Assembly (NCBI GenBank): GCA_024275015.1
Contig: JAJRZW010000016.1
Span: 76,275-140,274, forward strand
Origin: Deltaproteobacteria bacterium
Lineage (GTDB): Bacteria > Desulfobacterota > Desulfobulbia > Desulfobulbales > JAJRZW01
Direction: 5' to 3'
Length of the DNA stretch: 64,000 bases
Part shown: piece by piece, positions 28,746 to 38,224 of the stretch
Layout: every line of letters begins with the position of its first letter
Position numbering within the stretch: position 1 is the first letter of the stretch
The notes under the pieces: model-generated
Database searches by the model: none
The model's input: the letters and a program-made list of their open reading frames with translations, nothing else
What the model was told of the DNA's origin: nothing
Position numbers and translations under genes: made by a program

Positions 28746-30956
28746 TTACCCCTGTCGCATATCCACCGGCAACTCAATAATAAACAGTGCCCCCTCGGGA
28801 TGATTGTCTTTCACCCGGATAGTGCCGTCATGATCATTAATGATTGTACTGGCAATAGCAAGCCCCAGACCCGATCCCCCCTTTTTGGTGGAAAAATATG
28901 GTTCAAAGAGACGGGCCTTGTCCTCATCGCTGATCCCCGGGCCGTTGTCAGCGACCTCAATAACCATTGAGCCACTGTCAAGATGAACCGCAACCCCGAT
29001 CTCGCCGGCGCCGACCACGGCCACCGCGTTGTCGAGAAGGTTTATCAGTACCCGTCGCATCTGGGTAAAATCAAATGAGAATTGCGGCAGATCACGATCA
29101 AGGTCCAGACTGAAGCTGATCTCCTTATGGGCCTCACGGTAAAGTACCATGACCTCCCGCGCCAGGTCGGCAAAATCATTGTTCTCCTTGTTAATCCCGG
29201 GCATCCTGGCAAAAGTGGAGAATTCGGCCACCAGCCGTTTGAGTTCCTCGACCTGATTGATAATGGTCATGGTGCAGGAGTCAAAAACCTCGCCCTCGCC
29301 GGCGAGACGGTCGAGATAACGCTTGCGCAGCCGCTGGGCTGAAAGCTGTACCGGAGTCAAGGGGTTCTTTACCTCATGGGCGATCCGCCGCGCCACCTCA
29401 CGCCAGGCCGCCATCCGCTGCATCTTCTCGATCTCGGTAAGGTTGTCAAACACCAGTACCACCCCAAGTTCGGCCCCGGACTTGTCCTTCAACCGGGTAA
29501 AAGTGACCCGGAGATAAAACGAATCATTACGCAGGCTCAGGCGTATTGAACGCTGGATCGAGTCCAGTCCGGAGCGGGATAGTTCGGTGAAAAAGCCGTC
29601 CATTATCTCACGATGCTCCGGCTCCAGGACCTCGCGATAATCCTTGCCCACGATCATCTCGCTCCTGATTTTAAGCAGGGTCTCGGCAAAGGAATTGATG
29701 GTGGTTATCCGTCCGTCCGGATCCATGGATATCACCCCGGCGGCAATATTCTGCAATATGGTCTCCATGTACTGCCGCCGTTCCTCAAGCTGCTGCTTGC
29801 TGGTCAGGAGATCACGGGTCATCCGGTTAAAGGAATCGACCAGGGTTCCCATTTCATCGCCGCTGTCACGGCTCAAGACAAAATCAAGATCCCCCCCGGC
29901 CACCCGCTGGGTCGCCCGCGCCAGTTTGGAAATCGGACCGGTAAGACCGCGGGCGACATAAAAGCCGAACCATACCGCGGCAAAGACGATAAGCAGGGTA
30001 ATAATCAGGAGCATGACCAGAAGGCTGGTCTTGATCGGGTTCTTGAGCAGCATCAATTGCCGGTAACCCTCAAGGCCGCCGGAGATAACCTCCATGCTTG
30101 CCAGCTGCTTTTTCGGGATCAGAAACGAGGTAACCAGAACCCGGTTCGCGCCCGCGCCCGGGGTATCGGGCTTAAGCGCCACTGCGCCACGGACAAGCTC
30201 ACCAGCGGCAACCGACTGAATGGTCACCAGGTCACGTTCCCCGTCCAAGGCCTTACGGAATATGTCCGGCGGCAGGGATGGAATCTCCTTGATTTTCATC
30301 CCGCCGGTAAAAACCCGCGCCAGCGGTGTCCTCTGGTCGGAATAGAGTTCAAGTCCGGCAAGGCCGTGACTCCTGGCGATATCGTTTAAAAAAACATCAA
30401 GGTTATTGGCAATCAGATCCTGATACATCGACGATGCCAGACGGTCGGCGGTTGCTTCCCCCTGGGTTCGGACCTGATTCCGGGCCCGGTCGTATACCGT
30501 GCGTGCCATATCAAGTGATTCCTGCAGGGACTGCTCGACCTTACTGTTGAACCAGTAATCCATACTGGTGGAAACAAATTGCAGGGAGATAAAAAACAGC
30601 AACACTGTGGGGATAAGCGAAAGCGAGATAAAGGAAAGCACCAGTTTGGTCTTGAGTCTGGTCCCGAGGATGCGGCGTTTACGTTCAAAGACCAGCTGCA
30701 CCAGGTTACGCAGGACCAGAAAAACCATCAACAGAAGAAGAAGGACGTTCAGGTTGATGAGGACAAAAACGAGAACGTTACCACTGACCGGAAACGGTAT
30801 CGCTCCTAATTGAAAGACCTTGGTCTCAGCAAAGGTAAGGAGGTGAATGAGAAGGAAACAGAAAAAAATGATCCACCAGATCCGCCGCCGCTTACGCCGA
30901 TCGTGCTGAATGAAAAATTTCTGGGTCATTTCAGGATCAATAACGGAATTTGACAT
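28746..30956 (-). CDS. ntrY: NtrY-type sensor histidine kinase
   Basis: HAMP, PAS, AWREVARRIAHEVKNPLTP, GSGLGL. Confidence 0.9.
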   Translation of the reverse strand: MSNSVIDPEMTQKFFIQHDRRKRRRIWWIIFFCFLLIHLLTFAETKVFQLGAIPFPVSGNVLVFVLINLNVLLLLLMVFLVLRNLVQLVFERKRRILGTRLKTKLVLSFISLSLIPTVLLFFISLQFVSTSMDYWFNSKVEQSLQESLDMARTVYDRARNQVRTQGEATADRLASSMYQDLIANNLDVFLNDIARSHGLAGLELYSDQRTPLARVFTGGMKIKEIPSLPPDIFRKALDGERDLVTIQSVAAGELVRGAVALKPDTPGAGANRVLVTSFLIPKKQLASMEVISGGLEGYRQLMLLKNPIKTSLLVMLLIITLLIVFAAVWFGFYVARGLTGPISKLARATQRVAGGDLDFVLSRDSGDEMGTLVDSFNRMTRDLLTSKQQLEERRQYMETILQNIAAGVISMDPDGRITTINSFAETLLKIRSEMIVGKDYREVLEPEHREIMDGFFTELSRSGLDSIQRSIRLSLRNDSFYLRVTFTRLKDKSGAELGVVLVFDNLTEIEKMQRMAAWREVARRIAHEVKNPLTPVQLSAQRLRKRYLDRLAGEGEVFDSCTMTIINQVEELKRLVAEFSTFARMPGINKENNDFADLAREVMVLYREAHKEISFSLDLDRDLPQFSFDFTQMRRVLINLLDNAVAVVGAGEIGVAVHLDSGSMVIEVADNGPGISDEDKARLFEPYFSTKKGGSGLGLAIASTIINDHDGTIRVKDNHPEGALFIIELPVDMRQG

Positions 30957-31536
30957 GACCCCAGTCCGTTTTAAGATCCCATACTCCCCAGAAGGGAATA
31001 AGGTAGTGAAAATAGAGGGGCAGAGTCGCCCGCTCCAACCTGGCCTTAACCCAGACCGCGTAAGTCTCGCCGCGTTTAAGCCCGGAAAGGCCCAGCACCT
31101 TTACCCCGTCAATACCGACCATTACCTCCCGGGCCCGGGCAAAGGTCTTTACCACCACCGTCCGCCCCCCCTCCTCGCCGAGGGTAACCCGGTATTCATC
31201 CTTGAGATTGTCATAGGTCAGTTGATGGTCAAAAGAGATATTTATCAGTTCCCGGTCCGGCCAGTCACGCACCTCACGCAGCAATTTGACCTCAAAGGTA
31301 AAAGACGCGGGAATGCCGTTCTTTATCGCCTTCTCCATCTCAGGGGAAATAGCGTTTTCCACCCGACCGTAGAGGATCAGGTTCGTACTGGAATTGGCGG
31401 CGACCAGATCAACCAGGCTCGGTTTCACCTTTACCGCTCCGGCAACGCCGACGGAAATAAAAAAAACCAGCAGGGATACGGCCAGTAAAAACGGCAGTGA
31501 AAATCCGTCTCCCTTCCTGCCTGTACTCTGTCGCAT
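30937..31536 (-). CDS. DUF4390-like protein
   Basis: Signal-like N-terminus, typical position upstream of ntrY; start uncertain. Confidence 0.7.
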   Translation of the reverse strand: MRQSTGRKGDGFSLPFLLAVSLLVFFISVGVAGAVKVKPSLVDLVAANSSTNLILYGRVENAISPEMEKAIKNGIPASFTFEVKLLREVRDWPDRELINISFDHQLTYDNLKDEYRVTLGEEGGRTVVVKTFARAREVMVGIDGVKVLGLSGLKRGETYAVWVKARLERATLPLYFHYLIPFWGVWDLKTDWGHVKFRY

Positions 31537-31541
31537 GTTCA

Positions 31542-33170
31542 TCATCCAGAAATTGAAATCCCGCCTGTTATTCCGGCAACGAGGGGCGAAAAGGTCCGGG
31601 AATCCCGGGCGCATACCGGAATCGCGTCAAGATCCCGAACCATTACAGCCTTATCTTTTTCCGCGATCAGGTCAATCTTATTCAATACCCGCAACAGCGG
31701 AATCCGGTCGAGATCCAGGTCGCGGAGAATATTCTCCACCGCCCTGACCTGTTCGACCATCGCCGGATTTGAGCCGTCGATGATATGAACCAGAAGATCG
31801 GAATCGCCCAACTCCTCAAGGGTGGCCTTGAAGGCCTGTACCAGGTCCCCGGGCAGACGACTGATAAAACCGACGGTATCGCTGATGACCACTTCGATAT
31901 CCCGGGGGAAACGCAGACGGCGGGTGGTGGGATCAAGGGTGGCAAATAATTTGTCCTCGGCCGTGACCGTGCTGCCGGTGAGGGTATTGAGCAGGGTCGA
32001 CTTACCGGCGTTGGTGTAACCAACCAGCGAGATGACCGGAAGATTGTTCTGCCGTCGCCGTCCGCGACGCTGATAACGTTGCCGCGACACCTTCGAAAGC
32101 CTCTCGGAAAGCATGGCCAGGCGGCCCTTGATCCGACGGCGGTCGATCTCGAGTTTTGTTTCCCCCGGCCCACGGGCACCGATACCGCCGGTGAGCCGCG
32201 ACAGGGCGTCATCCCGGCTTGAAAGCCGCGGCATGAGATATTTCAGCTGCGCCATTTCCACCTGCAATTTCCCTTCCCGGCTCATGGCCCGGGCGGCGAA
32301 GATATCAAGGATAAGCTGAGTCCGATCTATGACCCGCATATCGGTATGGTCGGTGATCGAGCGCACCTGGGAGGGATTTAATTCCTGATCAAAGATCAGA
32401 AGATTGGCGTCATGCTGCAGAGCGATGAGCATGATCTCGCCGAGTTTGCCCCGGCCCATGATCAGACGAGGGTTGACCCGCCGACGACGCTGGAACAGCC
32501 GGTCAACCACCTCGACCCCGGCGCTGCGGGCAAGCTCGCCCAATTCCACCAGAGATCTCTCAGCCTGGCCACGACTTTCAGTGCCGACCCTGAGAAGAAT
32601 GGCGCGGTCACCGGTCCGCGCCTCATGCCCGGCCCCGCCCCGGCGGGCAAACTCCTGTTCAAGGGCGGCGGTATTCAAGAGAAAGTCAGGTTCAAGACCG
32701 GCCGGATGCAACGGCGGCAGAACAGCCCAGGGATCCGTGCCAACAGCGGCGGGAAGGATATGGGCCCGGTGGATGAGAACCGGGTAACCACCGGAATCAA
32801 CGGTGATCGCGGCCATGAGGTCAAGCCGGAGACAGGCGAGGTCCATGAGGTCATCCCGGCTCAGCGGTTCCGCCGCCAGATGGGTATGGACACAACGCAA
32901 ACCCTTGAGACGGGCCCCGGCGGCCCGTACCTGCGGCAGGGCTGGAATCATTATGCCGTGCCGGTCACCGACCACCACCATCGCCACCCGACCGGCACGA
33001 TCAATAAGCAGACCGACCTGACGCCCGATTTCCCTGGAAACGACGCCAAGTTCCCGGGCCGATTCCGCGGTGATGACATATTCGGGCGCGACCTTTTTGG
33101 TCCCCAGACGCTCAAGACGTTTGAGCTGGGCCGTTTTCAACCCGGCGATATTCCCCCGCGGCCGGGCCAT
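31542..33170 (-). CDS. hflX: GTPase HflX, long form
   Basis: GPGETKLE, GYTNAGKSTL, FATLDPT, DTVGFI. Confidence 0.95.
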   Translation of the reverse strand: MARPRGNIAGLKTAQLKRLERLGTKKVAPEYVITAESARELGVVSREIGRQVGLLIDRAGRVAMVVVGDRHGIMIPALPQVRAAGARLKGLRCVHTHLAAEPLSRDDLMDLACLRLDLMAAITVDSGGYPVLIHRAHILPAAVGTDPWAVLPPLHPAGLEPDFLLNTAALEQEFARRGGAGHEARTGDRAILLRVGTESRGQAERSLVELGELARSAGVEVVDRLFQRRRRVNPRLIMGRGKLGEIMLIALQHDANLLIFDQELNPSQVRSITDHTDMRVIDRTQLILDIFAARAMSREGKLQVEMAQLKYLMPRLSSRDDALSRLTGGIGARGPGETKLEIDRRRIKGRLAMLSERLSKVSRQRYQRRGRRRQNNLPVISLVGYTNAGKSTLLNTLTGSTVTAEDKLFATLDPTTRRLRFPRDIEVVISDTVGFISRLPGDLVQAFKATLEELGDSDLLVHIIDGSNPAMVEQVRAVENILRDLDLDRIPLLRVLNKIDLIAEKDKAVMVRDLDAIPVCARDSRTFSPLVAGITGGISISG

Positions 33171-33186
33171 TATCCATCCCCGCCGA

Positions 33187-35103
33187 TCACGATCCCCCGC
33201 CCCGGAGAACCCGCTTGTCCCCCACCCGCAGGGTAATCTTTTCCCGATCGAAATACTCCAGCAGGGGGATGGAAAATTTACGCGACAGCCCGGTCAGGCC
33301 CTTGAACCCCTGGGCATCAATATCACCGTGTTTATTGATATGAGCGACAAGATCCTCCCTGAGAGAGGCGATGGCCGCGGCACTGAAATACAGGTCAACA
33401 CTAACTTTTACCAGGACCCGGTCATCAATCAGGATCCCGACAAGACCCATGATCTCATCACGACCGGCGTCGATCCGGGCGACGACCTCGTTGATGGTGG
33501 GGACCTTTAGTCCGGCCTCGCCGTAGGCGGCGATAATCTCGTCCCTGATCGCGGTATCATCACGGTTAAGGGCGACCTTGAACCGCGGCAGCCGCACCAG
33601 GGCCCCGTCGCTTACGATCTTCCCGCCCTTCTCAAGTTCATTGCAGAGACGGTTGAAAAGCCGCTGTTCTCCCTCTCCCAAGAGGCGGGAGCGCAATTCC
33701 TCCCTGCCGGCCCCCTGTTTTACCGGATTTTTCGCGTGAAAATCGGCTATCAAATCCAGGAGCCGGACCTGGAGATCTTCATAGACCTCAACCGCGATCA
33801 TCCTCCGGCTATCTGGTTCAACCACGATGATCTTACGGGCCGCGACCGCCGGGTCAATGAGTTTTTCAAGCCGGCGGCCAAAGACGGCGCAGCGGACCTC
33901 AAGCTCATGAAAACCAACCCCCCGGCGGCCGCTTTCGCGCAGATGCTGGATGGCGAACTCAAGCCGGTTCTCGCTGCGATAGACCGCAAAGGTCCCCTGG
34001 TTTATCTCTTTATATCGCCGCCTCTTCGGCGGCAGACTGTTCAGGACCACCCCGCCGCCGATGGTGGTAACCGGCGAATAACGGCGGATGACGAAGTGGT
34101 CGCCGGGCCAGACCGCGGCCCGGGTCTCAAGGTTAAGCTGAACATCGGCCGTGTCCCCGGGGAAGAGCTCGTCCCGGTCAAGGAGAATGACCCGGGCCAT
34201 GATCTCGGCGGTACCCAGGTGAAGACGGACCCGGGTCCGATTCTTGATTGGCTTGGTATTAGCGGAAAGATAATTCATTTCCACGTCGAGAAGCCAGGAT
34301 GGCAGAAGACAGCCGGCCGTGGCCAGTACCTCTCCACGGTGAATTTCCTCCTTGTCCATCCCCTGAATATTTATGGCGGTCCGATGACCGGCCTCAGCCG
34401 CCTCAACGCTGCGGGAATGAAATTGAATCCCGCGGATACGGCCTTTTTTTCCCTCGGGATAGATGACGATCTCATCGGTGACCGCGATCCGCCCGGAAAT
34501 GGCAGTGCCGGTAACCACCGCCCCGAACCCCTTGATACTGAAAATCCGGTCCACCGGAAGACGGAAGGGACCGGTGGCGGCGAAAAAATCGCTGTCAGCC
34601 ACCAACCGGTCGATGGCGGCGACCACCTGGTCGCGGCCGGAGTTATCAACCGCGGAAAACTCCACCATTGGCGCGGATTCTAAAAAAGTGTCGCGGAAAA
34701 AATCGCCGATATCCTCACGGACCATTTCCAGCCATTCCGGCTCGACGAGATCGGTCTTGGTGAGGACAACAAGCCCCTTTCTGATCCCGAGCAGACGACA
34801 GATCTCAAAGTGTTCCCGGGTCTGGGGCATTACCCCCTCGTCGGCGGCAATGACAAAAGCGACCAGATCCACCCCGGCGGCTCCGGCCACCATATTGCGG
34901 ACAAAACGCTCGTGTCCCGGGACATCGACAATGCCGAGACGGTGGCCGCAGGGGAGGTCAAGATGGGCGAAACCGAGCTCAATCGTGATTCCCCTGGCCT
35001 TTTCCTCCTTCAGACGATCGGTGTCGACTCCGGTCAGGGCCCGGACCAGTGAGGTCTTACCGTGATCCACGTGGCCGGCGGTGCCTAATACCAGTTCACG
35101 CAT
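33187..35103 (-). CDS. selB: selenocysteine-specific elongation factor
   Basis: [22 protein letters not shown]-terminal winged helices [14 protein letters not shown]. Confidence 0.96.
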   Translation of the reverse strand: MRELVLGTAGHVDHGKTSLVRALTGVDTDRLKEEKARGITIELGFAHLDLPCGHRLGIVDVPGHERFVRNMVAGAAGVDLVAFVIAADEGVMPQTREHFEICRLLGIRKGLVVLTKTDLVEPEWLEMVREDIGDFFRDTFLESAPMVEFSAVDNSGRDQVVAAIDRLVADSDFFAATGPFRLPVDRIFSIKGFGAVVTGTAISGRIAVTDEIVIYPEGKKGRIRGIQFHSRSVEAAEAGHRTAINIQGMDKEEIHRGEVLATAGCLLPSWLLDVEMNYLSANTKPIKNRTRVRLHLGTAEIMARVILLDRDELFPGDTADVQLNLETRAAVWPGDHFVIRRYSPVTTIGGGVVLNSLPPKRRRYKEINQGTFAVYRSENRLEFAIQHLRESGRRGVGFHELEVRCAVFGRRLEKLIDPAVAARKIIVVEPDSRRMIAVEVYEDLQVRLLDLIADFHAKNPVKQGAGREELRSRLLGEGEQRLFNRLCNELEKGGKIVSDGALVRLPRFKVALNRDDTAIRDEIIAAYGEAGLKVPTINEVVARIDAGRDEIMGLVGILIDDRVLVKVSVDLYFSAAAIASLREDLVAHINKHGDIDAQGFKGLTGLSRKFSIPLLEYFDREKITLRVGDKRVLRGGGS

Positions 35104-35106
35104 GGG

Positions 35107-35748
35107 TCAGAATAACCCGCCGGTAATAAAGGGGTTTTCCCGTTTCTCAGCCCCGATGGTCGAGGAAAGGCCGCCATAGCCATGGCCGGGCCAGACCCGG
35201 GTATCATCAGGCAGAGTCATAAGCCTACTGGTGATCGCCTCCTGCATCTGCCGGGCGTCGCCGCCGGGAAAATCGGTGCGCCCGACCCCGCCGACAAAGA
35301 GGGTATCGCCACTGAAAAGGTCGGGCCTACGATAAAGACAGATCCCGCCGGGGGTATGGCCCGGGGTGTGAATAACCTCAAACTCAAGGCCGCCGAGTCT
35401 CAGCACCTCGCCTTCGGCGACCAGGATATCGGCGGGCGGCGAGGATTCAAGACCCAGCATGGAGAAATAACTGCCCACTTCAGGGCGATCAAAAAAGGCG
35501 GCGTCATCCCTGTGAAGAACAATGGCGGCACCGGTAGCATCCTTAAGCCGACGATTACCACAGACATGATCCGGATGACCGTGAGTGTTGACGATATACT
35601 TGAGCTTTACCCCTTTATCGGCAATAAGAGTGAGGATTCGCGCCTCGTCGCCGCCGGGGTCGATCACCATGGCCTCCCTGCTATCTTCATCGGCAACGAG
35701 ATAGCAGCAGACGGACATCTGACCGACGGTCAACTGTTCAAGAATCAT
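35107..35748 (-). CDS. MBL-fold metallo-hydrolase (glyoxalase II-like)
   Basis: THGHPDH, TPGHTPG, GDTLF, PGHG. Confidence 0.92.
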   Translation of the reverse strand: MILEQLTVGQMSVCCYLVADEDSREAMVIDPGGDEARILTLIADKGVKLKYIVNTHGHPDHVCGNRRLKDATGAAIVLHRDDAAFFDRPEVGSYFSMLGLESSPPADILVAEGEVLRLGGLEFEVIHTPGHTPGGICLYRRPDLFSGDTLFVGGVGRTDFPGGDARQMQEAITSRLMTLPDDTRVWPGHGYGGLSSTIGAEKRENPFITGGLF

Positions 35749-35759
35749 AAAATCCTCCG

Positions 35760-36725
35760 TCAGGACGATGACGGACAAGAGCCGCCGGAGCATGAAGCGC
35801 TGCTGGCGCAGGCGGAGCAGGCCTCCTCGCCCATGGGCGGAGACGCCGGGGCCGAGGCCGCCTGCTTTTCAACATTATCAACCACGGCGGCAAAGGCGGC
35901 GACCGCGGGACTGTCGCCTCCCGCGGCAAGGTAGGGAGCGCCGTCATCACCGCCGGAGACCACCATGGGGTCAACCGGAATCGCGCCGAGAAACGCCACG
36001 GCGAAATCAGCCGCCATTCTCTCGCCGCCGCCGCTCTTGAACAGGTCAACCGTTTCGTGGCAATGGGGGCAGACAAAACCGCTCATATTCTCAAATACCC
36101 CGAGAACCTGAAGATTGACATGCTTGCAGAAGTTAAGCGATTTGCGGACATCGGCAAGCGATATTTCCTGGGGAGTGGTGACCACCAGGGCCATGGCGTC
36201 CTTGATGGTCGAGGCCACGGTCATCGGCTCATCGCCGGTGCCGGGGGGAGAATCGATGATCAGGTAATCAAGATCACCCCAGTTAATGTCGGCGATAAAC
36301 TGCCGGATGGCCTGATTCTTCATGGGCCCCCGCCAGATCACGGTATCGTCACGGTTTTCCATCATATACTCAAGGGATATGACCTTGAGATTATCATTAT
36401 AACGCATGGGCGGCACCAGGCCGTCCTCCTTTTCCGTTACCTCGGAAATACACTGGGTCAGCCCCAGCATCCGGCTGATATCAGGGCCGTGAAGGTCAAC
36501 ATCCATGAGTCCGACCCGGTAACCGCGGTTGGCCAGGGAAAGGGCCAGGTTGGTGGACACGGTACTCTTGCCGACTCCGCCCTTGCCGCTCATAACCAGG
36601 ATCTTGTGACGAATCCGGCCAAGGGATGATTCTATCGCCAGATCCTGACGGGCAATAACAGCGTCGGCGCCGCCGCAGGCCGAAGCCTTGCCGTCGCCGC
36701 AGGAACTGCTTGAACACTTGCTCAT
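35760..36725 (-). CDS. Mrp/ApbC Fe-S cluster carrier ATPase with Cys-rich termini
   Basis: SGKGGVGKS, DSPPGTGD, ENMSGFVCPHC. Confidence 0.93.
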   Translation of the reverse strand: MSKCSSSSCGDGKASACGGADAVIARQDLAIESSLGRIRHKILVMSGKGGVGKSTVSTNLALSLANRGYRVGLMDVDLHGPDISRMLGLTQCISEVTEKEDGLVPPMRYNDNLKVISLEYMMENRDDTVIWRGPMKNQAIRQFIADINWGDLDYLIIDSPPGTGDEPMTVASTIKDAMALVVTTPQEISLADVRKSLNFCKHVNLQVLGVFENMSGFVCPHCHETVDLFKSGGGERMAADFAVAFLGAIPVDPMVVSGGDDGAPYLAAGGDSPAVAAFAAVVDNVEKQAASAPASPPMGEEACSACASSASCSGGSCPSSS

Positions 36726-36817
36726 TTCTTTTCTACCTCCAAAAATTTTCTGCGCTTTTTAATTTTGCTCATTCCTTGGCCTCGGACAAAAATCATCATC
36801 TTTCAAGACACCCTTAA

Positions 36818-36909
36818 CAGACTGTTGAAAAAGCCGTCCTGGCTTTTTCAACCCGGCAAAATCGGCGGCGCGGCCATGCACCGCGACCAGCCCATTTTTC
36901 ACCGAGCTG
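36818..36909. mobile_element. MITE family A, short copy
   Basis: TIRs with TTAA direct repeats on both sides. Confidence 0.9.
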
Positions 36910-37030
36910 TTAACTATAAAATCATTTTCATTGCTGACGGTATTAAAAATAATCCTGAATCCGTGAGGATCCGGAAACAAACCTGATACCGAGACGGCTA
37001 TAACCTTCGCAGATTACCCAGGTACCAGAT

Positions 37031-38215
37031 TCATGTGTTAATACATACCTGATTACGACCCCGTTTTTTAGCCCGGTAGAGAGCCTGGTCCGCCTTTTTC
37101 ATCGCTGCGGCCGTAGTTTCACCGCCAACAGCCCCGGCAAGACCGATGCTTATCGTCAGCCCGACCTGGCGGCCACCGCCACGCCGCGCCCACCAGCCGC
37201 CGCCGTTTTTTCTTATCCCCCGGACAGTAAAGCCCTCATCTTCCACCCGCTGCCGCAAACGCTCAAGCCGGGGTTCAACCCGGTCGTATCTCCTCCCGGG
37301 AAAGACAATGGCAAACTCCTCGCCACCGTAACGGAAGGGACGACCGCCACCGCCGACGGCGGCGATCAGGGACGCGACCTTGGCCAGGACCTGGTCGCCG
37401 ACGTCATGACCAAAACGATCATTGAACTTTTTGAAGAAATCAATGTCAACCATGGCCACCGCATAAGGCGGCCGCAGACGGCGAAGAAAATCATCCATGG
37501 CCCGCCGGGCCGCAAGGCCGGTGAGACGGTCACGAAAGGCAAGGTCATAGGCGGCCTCAAGACAGACGGTAAACAAAAGCAACGGCCCCATTAAGTAAAG
37601 GACATACTCCGGCATCACAAGCACTTTTTCATCCACCAGGGCCAGGATCATCGCCGCCATAATCCAGAACAACCCGGCGCTCTCGACATCGTCACGCCGA
37701 AACGCACGCCACAGGAGGAACAGGGCCGCGAGCGCCATAGCCCCGACCGCTATCGTATCCGCGGAAAAATCCGTTGTTGCCAAACCCCGCCTTACCGCGA
37801 CCACGATCCCGGCATCACCTGTAACCAGAAAGGCACACAGGGGGAACTGGGCGAACATGAGCCCGAGACGCACAACGGTATCAATGGCCATGGTTTTTCG
37901 CGCCGGCATCAACGAAAAAATCAGCAGATCAATGCCGATAACAAGAAACATCCCGGAAAACTGCACCGATCCGGGATGCAGAGCAACCCAGGACAAGGCC
38001 ATCAACAACAGTATTTCAGCGTAAAAGAGACGCACCAGCCCAAAACGCAGGGAAAGAATAACAACAAGGAAGGCAAGCAGCAACGGGGCAACAAGACGGA
38101 TAACCGGCAGCCAGTAAATGGATACCGGGAGAGAAAAAAACCACAGGAGGAGGAACAAGGTTATCCCCCCGGGGCCGAACAGCCCCGCCAACCTCCTTAA
38201 CGTTACGGCGAACAT
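37031..38215 (-). CDS. membrane diguanylate cyclase
   Basis: Multi-TM N-terminus; DIDFFKKFNDRFGH, RYGGEEF, ADQALYRAK. Confidence 0.92.
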   Translation of the reverse strand: MFAVTLRRLAGLFGPGGITLFLLLWFFSLPVSIYWLPVIRLVAPLLLAFLVVILSLRFGLVRLFYAEILLLMALSWVALHPGSVQFSGMFLVIGIDLLIFSLMPARKTMAIDTVVRLGLMFAQFPLCAFLVTGDAGIVVAVRRGLATTDFSADTIAVGAMALAALFLLWRAFRRDDVESAGLFWIMAAMILALVDEKVLVMPEYVLYLMGPLLLFTVCLEAAYDLAFRDRLTGLAARRAMDDFLRRLRPPYAVAMVDIDFFKKFNDRFGHDVGDQVLAKVASLIAAVGGGGRPFRYGGEEFAIVFPGRRYDRVEPRLERLRQRVEDEGFTVRGIRKNGGGWWARRGGGRQVGLTISIGLAGAVGGETTAAAMKKADQALYRAKKRGRNQVCINT

Positions 38216-38224
38216 GAGGTGTCC